Origin: Candidatus Brocadia sp.
GTDB taxonomy: Bacteria > Planctomycetota > Brocadiia > Brocadiales > Brocadiaceae
Assembly: GCA_030837935.1 (NCBI GenBank)
Contig: JAUQXU010000041.1
Coordinates: forward strand, 1-41,266
Direction: 5' to 3'
DNA: 41,266 nt
Shown here piece after piece: positions 35,556-41,266 of this stretch (positions are counted from its first letter, which is position 1; each line of letters opens with the position of its first letter). The position numbers and the translations under genes are program-made. The notes under the pieces are model-generated. The model was not told where the DNA came from and did not search any database. It saw nothing but the letters and a program-made list of their open reading frames with translations.

Positions 35556-37961
35556 TTACGCTGCTGTATAGAGTTCATGCTCCAGTTCTTCAATGACAAG
35601 AAGATACTGATCTCTCCCGCCGAAAATTTGCACGATTTCCGTGGGTGTCCCGATTTGATTAAACGGTTCTATTCTCAAAATTGCAAGGTCTTCAATATTT
35701 TCAATGCCCTCATCAGCATATTTATCCAGGAGCGCCTCAATAACCTTCCGCGCCTTCTCCCCATATTTCGTGAAATAATTGCGCTTCTTTACATTTTCCG
35801 CGCGCTCCCGCCGGGTAAGCGCAGGCATGTCCCACGCAATGTGGCAGATAAGGTCAAAGACATCCAAATCCTTTTTTGCTTCTGTCATCAGGTTTTCCGG
35901 AATAATCCCATGTGATTCCAATTCATCGATAACCGCTTTCTTCTTATGTGCGATGTTCCATCGGGCAAGAAAATCATCGAGGGATTGGAACTCCTGCAAG
36001 ATGCCCTTCTTTGTGTAATCCTTGAGGCTTTCTGTGATAAGTTTTCCGTTCGCATCCAGATGCTGAATCCGTTCGTTTAACACCGAAACATCTACTCCAG
36101 CCACATATACCTTCTGCCTGGGCTCAGACACAATTTCACCGCCTTGAATAATTTCCGGTTGTGTGGGATATTTAACCGATCCTATTTTCTCAAAATCCAC
36201 AGGCTGACCGGTTTCCGGATCAATGATCTCCTGGTCTTCTTCTGGATGAATATCCCGATCCGTTAATTCTTCCTCGCCTTTAACTTCCCTGATCATAACA
36301 GGGTCGCCGTCAAAAGCCGGATCCGCGAAAAGATCCGTCACATTGCGGAAGTCCATAATGGCAAAGAACGTCTTATCGTACTCTTCGTTAATACGAGTCC
36401 CGCGTCCGATGATCTGCTTGAACTCGGTCATTGACTTGATATTTGAATCAAGCACGATCAATTTGCAGGTCTGCGCATCAACGCCGGTAGTCATCAATTT
36501 CGACGTGGTAGCGATAACAGGATATCGCTCCTCAGGATTTATGAAATTATCCACTTCGCGCTTACCTTGCTCATCATCACCGGTTATTCGCATAATATAC
36601 TTGTGGTTCTCAAGCGCCAAATCCGAGTTCTCAATAGCCAGTGCCTGTCTCATGCGCTCGGCGTGTTCAATATCCACACAAAATACTATTGTTTTATCGA
36701 AGCGATTCGTTTTCCTCAAATACTCTGATACTTTCCTGGCGACAATCTTCGTTCTCTCATCAATCACTAAATTTCTATCAAAGTCTTTGATGTTATAAAT
36801 ACGATCCTCAATCTCATTGCCGTCTCTATCTTTTTTCCCGGCTTCCGGACGCCATCCTTCAAGGTCAGTATTAAGTCCGACGCGGATAACTTTGTAAGGA
36901 GCTAAAAAACCGTCCTCGATCCCTTGTTTCAGGGTATAGGTATAAATAGGTTCACCGAAGTATGCGATATTGGAAATCTCTTTTGTTTCCCGCGGTGTTG
37001 CAGTAAGGCCGATATGCGTCGCGGAACTAAAATAATCAAGTATCGCCCTCCATGCACTATCAGCGGCCGCGCTTCCACGATGGCACTCATCAACAACCAC
37101 AAGATCAAAAAAATCTCTGCTGAATTCTTTGTACGCATCCTTGTCTTCATTGTAGTTTGTTAACCCTTGATAAAGGGCAAGGTAAATTTCAAACGCCTTG
37201 TCGATCTTTTTCTTTTTGATGACCGTCATTCGGCCTTTAAAATGTTTAAAGTCATTGCGCTTGGTTTGATCGATAAGCACATTTCGATCCGCTAAAAAAA
37301 GAATCCGTTTCTTCCTGCCATTTTTCCAAAGCCGGTATATTATCTGAAAAGCTGTATAGGTTTTTCCCGTCCCGGTAGCCATTACAAGAAGAACTCTGTT
37401 CTCACCACGTGCTATTGCTTCAACCGATCTATTAATAGCTATCTGCTGATAGTAGCGGGGTGCACGCCCTGATCCGTCAAAAAAGTAATCAAAAGAAGCG
37501 ATCTCCTCCTGCTCGGGCGTTTCAATCCTCTTATACTTTTTATACATCTTCCAAAGCTCAGCAGAAGAAGGGAAGGTGTCTAAAGACAATTCTTTCTCGA
37601 TTTGCTCAGAGAAACCAGATCGATCATGCTGAACAAAGCCATCACCGTTTGAGCTGAAAGCAACCGGAACATCAAGTATCTCTGCATAGCCTAACGCCTG
37701 CTGTAATCCGGCTCCTACGGAATGATTGTTGTCCTTTGCTTCAATAACAGCTATGGGAATATTCGGCTTAAGGTAGAGAATAAAATCAGCACGCTTTCTT
37801 TTGCCCCGGGTGGTCTTGTTGCCTTTGACAAAGATTCGACCGTCAGTAAAAAAGACCTCTTCACGGATTTGCTTTGCAACATCCCATCCGGCTTTAACAA
37901 GCGAAGGAAGAATAAATTGCGTGCAAATATCTCGCTCTGATAAATCTTTTTTATTAGTCAC
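35556..37961 (-). CDS. hsdR: Type I restriction enzyme R subunit (EcoAI/EcoEI-like)
   Basis: RADFIL..AVIEAK nuclease motif, RYYQ, MATGTGKT, DECHRG, GLTATP, KQIIGRGTR; GTG start with AAGGA RBS. Confidence 0.95.
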   Translation of the reverse strand: MTNKKDLSERDICTQFILPSLVKAGWDVAKQIREEVFFTDGRIFVKGNKTTRGKRKRADFILYLKPNIPIAVIEAKDNNHSVGAGLQQALGYAEILDVPVAFSSNGDGFVQHDRSGFSEQIEKELSLDTFPSSAELWKMYKKYKRIETPEQEEIASFDYFFDGSGRAPRYYQQIAINRSVEAIARGENRVLLVMATGTGKTYTAFQIIYRLWKNGRKKRILFLADRNVLIDQTKRNDFKHFKGRMTVIKKKKIDKAFEIYLALYQGLTNYNEDKDAYKEFSRDFFDLVVVDECHRGSAAADSAWRAILDYFSSATHIGLTATPRETKEISNIAYFGEPIYTYTLKQGIEDGFLAPYKVIRVGLNTDLEGWRPEAGKKDRDGNEIEDRIYNIKDFDRNLVIDERTKIVARKVSEYLRKTNRFDKTIVFCVDIEHAERMRQALAIENSDLALENHKYIMRITGDDEQGKREVDNFINPEERYPVIATTSKLMTTGVDAQTCKLIVLDSNIKSMTEFKQIIGRGTRINEEYDKTFFAIMDFRNVTDLFADPAFDGDPVMIREVKGEEELTDRDIHPEEDQEIIDPETGQPVDFEKIGSVKYPTQPEIIQGGEIVSEPRQKVYVAGVDVSVLNERIQHLDANGKLITESLKDYTKKGILQEFQSLDDFLARWNIAHKKKAVIDELESHGIIPENLMTEAKKDLDVFDLICHIAWDMPALTRRERAENVKKRNYFTKYGEKARKVIEALLDKYADEGIENIEDLAILRIEPFNQIGTPTEIVQIFGGRDQYLLVIEELEHELYTAA

Positions 37962-37966
37962 TGCTT

Positions 37967-38272
37967 TTAATCCTTTCTTCTCACCTCAGCCCAAAGTTGG
38001 CTTATTATCAGTCCTGCTTCGATAGTCTTTCCAAGACCGACTTCATCACAAAGGATTGCACCCCTTGAAAGGGGGCAATTAAAGGCAAATAAGACAGCAT
38101 CTATCTGGTGGAAATTAAGGTCAACGGTAGAAGAAGCAAGGATTTGATTTAATTTTGTTAATTCGTGGTATGGACGTTTGAGGGTAAGCTCATGGGCAAG
38201 GATTTTCTGGTAAAATAAAGGAACTTTATTGTTTGATACAGGCAGATTTAATCCCTCCAAATGCCCCGACAT
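37967..38272 (-). pseudogene. N-terminal stub of an SNF2-family helicase
   Basis: VDLNFHQIDAV..GAILCDEVGLGKTIEAG (Q motif, motif I), then stops right before hsdR. Confidence 0.8.
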
Positions 38273-38432
38273 AAGAAACTGGCCTTTGAGTTTAAAAAAG
38301 TCAGAATTCCCTTATAAGAAAAGATTTTGGATTGTTTTTAAGCATGGTTGATATCATTGATATCTAGACATAGCGAAATGAAAATACCTTACGAACCAAA
38401 AATTTATAATTTACTTAAAATTTCTTTGCCAT

Positions 38433-38461
38433 AATCTACAACTATAAATTACTATTGTCAA
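38433..38461 (-). promoter_or_regulatory. Sigma70-type promoter facing the defence operon
   Basis: Minus strand TTGACA-17 nt-TAGATT. Confidence 0.55.
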
Positions 38462-38579
38462 GAAGCAAAAAACAGGTCATTTTGCATGAATTAACTGTTT
38501 TATTTCTGGATTATTTCTGCTATTCTTTTGTTATTCAAATTTCCAAAAAATACTATGATATTTTAATAACCATTTATCT

Positions 38580-39368
38580 ATGAAAGTACTCGGGATAGAA
38601 ACGTCAGGGAATGTTGGCGGAGTTGCCATTTGTGAGGATAGACATATTATCATTGCAAAGGATTTTAGGGCAGGCATGCAACATGGCAAAGAATTGGTTC
38701 CTACTATTAAGAGTGCCCTGAATGAAATCGGCTGGGCACCGAAGGACATTGACCTCGTCGCTGTGGATGTAGGACCTGGCTCATATACAGGGCTACGGGT
38801 AGGTGTGGCCTGTGCAAAGACACTGGCCTACGCCTTACATAAACCCGTCATTGACGTGCCCATATTCGATGTCATATCAGAAAATTATAACCAAAGTATC
38901 CCCCCTATTCCCCCCCCTTCGAAAGGGAGGGATGCAGGAAGTGTGCAAGACATACTCCAAAATAATAATTTCCCAGATGAGTACTATATTTGCCCTATCC
39001 TTGATGCACGGAGAAACCACGTTTACGCATGCATCTACAAGCTTGTCCCTACAAGTCTTGAACAGGGATTGGAAGGAGTTCGGAGGAAAAAGATATCTGA
39101 ATTTCTCGTAATTCAGCCTGAAAAACTTTTATCCATCCTCCCACGGCCGGTAATTATTTTCGGAGATGGTGTTGCACCTTACAGAGAAATATTTCTGCAA
39201 AAGGGCATTTTTATAGACAAAGAAGGGTGGGCATTACCAAAGGTTGAGCATGTTGCTTTACTAGGAGAAAGGATGTTCGAATCGGGGCATCGATGCGAGA
39301 CAGACAAATTATTGCCGCTTTATTTACGACAAGCTGAGGCTATTGAAAGGCGGGAAGGCAAGAAATAG
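38580..39368 (+). CDS. tsaB: tRNA threonylcarbamoyladenosine biosynthesis protein TsaB
   Basis: VLGIETS, HGKEL, VDVGPGSYTGLRVG, LDARR, FGDG, PLYLR; contains an in-frame insertion. Confidence 0.95.
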   Translation: MKVLGIETSGNVGGVAICEDRHIIIAKDFRAGMQHGKELVPTIKSALNEIGWAPKDIDLVAVDVGPGSYTGLRVGVACAKTLAYALHKPVIDVPIFDVISENYNQSIPPIPPPSKGRDAGSVQDILQNNNFPDEYYICPILDARRNHVYACIYKLVPTSLEQGLEGVRRKKISEFLVIQPEKLLSILPRPVIIFGDGVAPYREIFLQKGIFIDKEGWALPKVEHVALLGERMFESGHRCETDKLLPLYLRQAEAIERREGKK

Positions 39369-39434
39369 CTATCTGTCCGCGAATTCACTCAAATAAACAC
39401 GAATGATCACAAATTAGCCGTAAAATTTAAAAAC

Positions 39435-39465
39435 AAAAAAGGCCTCTTTTAGAGGCCCTCTTTTT
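39435..39465. terminator. Bidirectional terminator between convergent genes
   Basis: AAAAAA-GGCCTCT-TTT-AGAGGCC-ctcTTTTT. Confidence 0.7.
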
Positions 39466-39478
39466 ATTATGAAAGAAG

Positions 39479-39508
39479 CACGGACAAACAAGTTTGTCCG
39501 TGCCACCC
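39479..39508. repeat. REP copy 2
   Basis: Perfect hairpin gcacggacaaac-aa-gtttgtccgtgc plus caccc; matches 16925-16954. Confidence 0.85.
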
Positions 39509-39551
39509 TTTAATATTGACACTCCTATACGGATATTTGTACAGGTTGTTT

Positions 39552-40004
39552 TTAGCGATTTTTAATTTTTCCCAAGGAAAGCGGCGGTAAATCCATGGAA
39601 AAAGTTTCCTCTACCCGACGCATACCATGCCTACCCTTCAATAATATAACATCAACAACTGCTTTCATTGTCGACTTAGACCTATCATACGTCATCAATA
39701 TCTTACCTATGAAGTACAACTTTAGCGTAATTACCACCGTTAAAGGAATTGTGAAGAACATCGCCTTCGTCTTTGACATCTCTGCGGCAAGATACGGCGT
39801 TACAGAGGTCAGTAAAAATACCATTGTGGCAAATGTGGCAAGGAGAATGAGTCCGATCTTCACCGACATGAATATGACGGCACATTTCATAAAAAGAGAC
39901 CTGTGCGTTTCCTTAAAATTACGAACAGATACCAGCAACTGCCTTGCTTTTTTCTCCAAATTCATAACCCATCTTGTGTCTTCAGAAATTATCGTATGCA
40001 ACAT
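39552..40004 (-). CDS. Hypothetical membrane protein (2 TM helices)
   Basis: Two long hydrophobic segments; GAAGGGA RBS before the ATG at 40004; follows rfbB. Confidence 0.6.
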   Translation of the reverse strand: MLHTIISEDTRWVMNLEKKARQLLVSVRNFKETHRSLFMKCAVIFMSVKIGLILLATFATMVFLLTSVTPYLAAEMSKTKAMFFTIPLTVVITLKLYFIGKILMTYDRSKSTMKAVVDVILLKGRHGMRRVEETFSMDLPPLSLGKIKNR

Positions 40005-40033
40005 AACACATTCCCTTCTCAATAAATGTGCTT

Positions 40034-41074
40034 CTAACGATTTTGATGCAAACCTGTATCTGGAAACCGGTGACCGTATTGCTTGTTGTAATACTCTATG
40101 AATTCACCGTTCTTTATCCGCTTCCACCACGCCTGGTTATTTGTATACCATTGTATCGTATCTTTGAGACCATTTTCAAATTTTATCTGTGGTTTCCAAC
40201 CCAAAGTCATGAGCTTGGTACAATCTAAGGCATAACGTCTGTCGTGCCCTTCCCTATCTTTCACATGTTCTATCAAAGAACGAGGTTTTTTGAGTTCATC
40301 CAAAATAAGATGCGCTGTATCAATATTATACCGTTCATTTCCTCCTCCAATATTATATACCTCACCATCTTTCCCATGCCACATAAGAAATTCAATAGCG
40401 GCGCAGTGGTCTTCGACATGAACCCAATCCCTTATCTGCTTTCCGTCGCCATACAGTGGAAGATATTTATCCTCCAATGCATTCGTGATAAAGAGTGGGA
40501 TGAATTTCTCGGGATGTTGATTAGGGCCGTAGTTGTTGGATGCCCTGGTGATAATGATTGGTAATCGATATGTTACCCAATAAGCATAAGCCAGCCTATC
40601 CCCCCCAGCCTTACTGGCAGAATAAGGATTACTGGGGTTTAATGCATCCGTCTCCTTAAAAGCGCCCTGATGGGCTGTTCCATAGACCTCGTCCGTAGAT
40701 ATCTGAATAAACTTTTTTACACTGAAACGTCGCGCTGCTTCAAGCAGGACAAAAACACCCTTCATATCAGTGTCAATGAAGTTGCCTGCACTACTAATAC
40801 TCCGGTCAACGTGTGATTCAGCGGCGAAGTTAATGATTGTGTCAATACTTTCCTCTGAAAAGACGTGTTCTAACAACTCCTGGTTACAGATGTCACCCTT
40901 GTAAAATTTAAACCGCTGAGACATCTTTGAGTCATCAACAATATCTTTAAGATTTTCGAGATTTCCCGCATAGGTCAGTTTATCAAGCACGACCGCCCGC
41001 TTGCCTTGAAGAATCATCCGGCGGACAAAGTGACTTCCGATAAAACCTGCACCACCTGTTATAAGCATAGACAT
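40034..41074 (-). CDS. rfbB: dTDP-glucose 4,6-dehydratase
   Basis: TGGAGFIG, DKLTYAGN, FAAESHVDRSI, STDEVYG, PYSASK, NNYGP, RDWVHVEDH, GHDRRY. Confidence 0.97.
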   Translation of the reverse strand: MSMLITGGAGFIGSHFVRRMILQGKRAVVLDKLTYAGNLENLKDIVDDSKMSQRFKFYKGDICNQELLEHVFSEESIDTIINFAAESHVDRSISSAGNFIDTDMKGVFVLLEAARRFSVKKFIQISTDEVYGTAHQGAFKETDALNPSNPYSASKAGGDRLAYAYWVTYRLPIIITRASNNYGPNQHPEKFIPLFITNALEDKYLPLYGDGKQIRDWVHVEDHCAAIEFLMWHGKDGEVYNIGGGNERYNIDTAHLILDELKKPRSLIEHVKDREGHDRRYALDCTKLMTLGWKPQIKFENGLKDTIQWYTNNQAWWKRIKNGEFIEYYNKQYGHRFPDTGLHQNR

Positions 41075-41266
41075 AAACCACCTGCTCAGTCAGTCAGATA
41101 TTATAGCCCACGAAATGCGCAAATACTCACAAAAAGATACCTCTTTTAATCTTCTTTTTGTGCTTTTTTGCGTTTTTCTCGGGCTGATTCGTTGCATACT
41201 TATTATACGAAAATTTCCTTCATTTCGATATTCAGACCTTTAATCACGGTCGAACTTATGTAATCT

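Overview
AT-rich bacterial chromosomal window, probably from an anammox planctomycete (Ca. Brocadiaceae-like; an inference from gene style, a System II cytochrome c maturation pair with a very large ResB, and the repeat families). 1-15.2 kb is a minus-strand housekeeping run: OmpA/MotB lipoprotein, resB/ccsB, ccsA, acylphosphatase, DUF167, ileS, an exported FN3/Ig-like protein, yjbQ, CPBP protease, tyrS, a DUF2064 glycosyltransferase-like gene, and an unusual 884-aa GlpX-like/TPR/helix-hairpin-helix protein with apparently degenerate catalytic residues. Next come an IS4 transposase scar; an uptake cluster (DUF1080-like exported protein, outer-membrane barrel, FbpABC-type ABC transporter); an MBL hydrolase; two small Cys-rich proteins; a Lon_C-like protein; an exported protein; a methyltransferase; an aldehyde dehydrogenase; and a hypothetical gene. 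About 28.7-38.5 kb is a decaying defence island: SNF2 helicase stub, type I R-M (hsdR-hsdM-rhuM-hsdS), a coupled putative PD-(D/E)XK nuclease, an orphan DUF433 gene, REP arrays and a broken DUF3800 gene. The window ends with tsaB, a membrane protein gene and rfbB. Most notable: (i) an intact ~95-nt structured RNA candidate with its own promoter and terminator, tail-to-tail with the broken DUF3800 gene; (ii) palindromic repeat DNA inserted in frame in tsaB; (iii) the GlpX-TPR-HhH protein. All calls come from reading the sequence by eye, without database searches.
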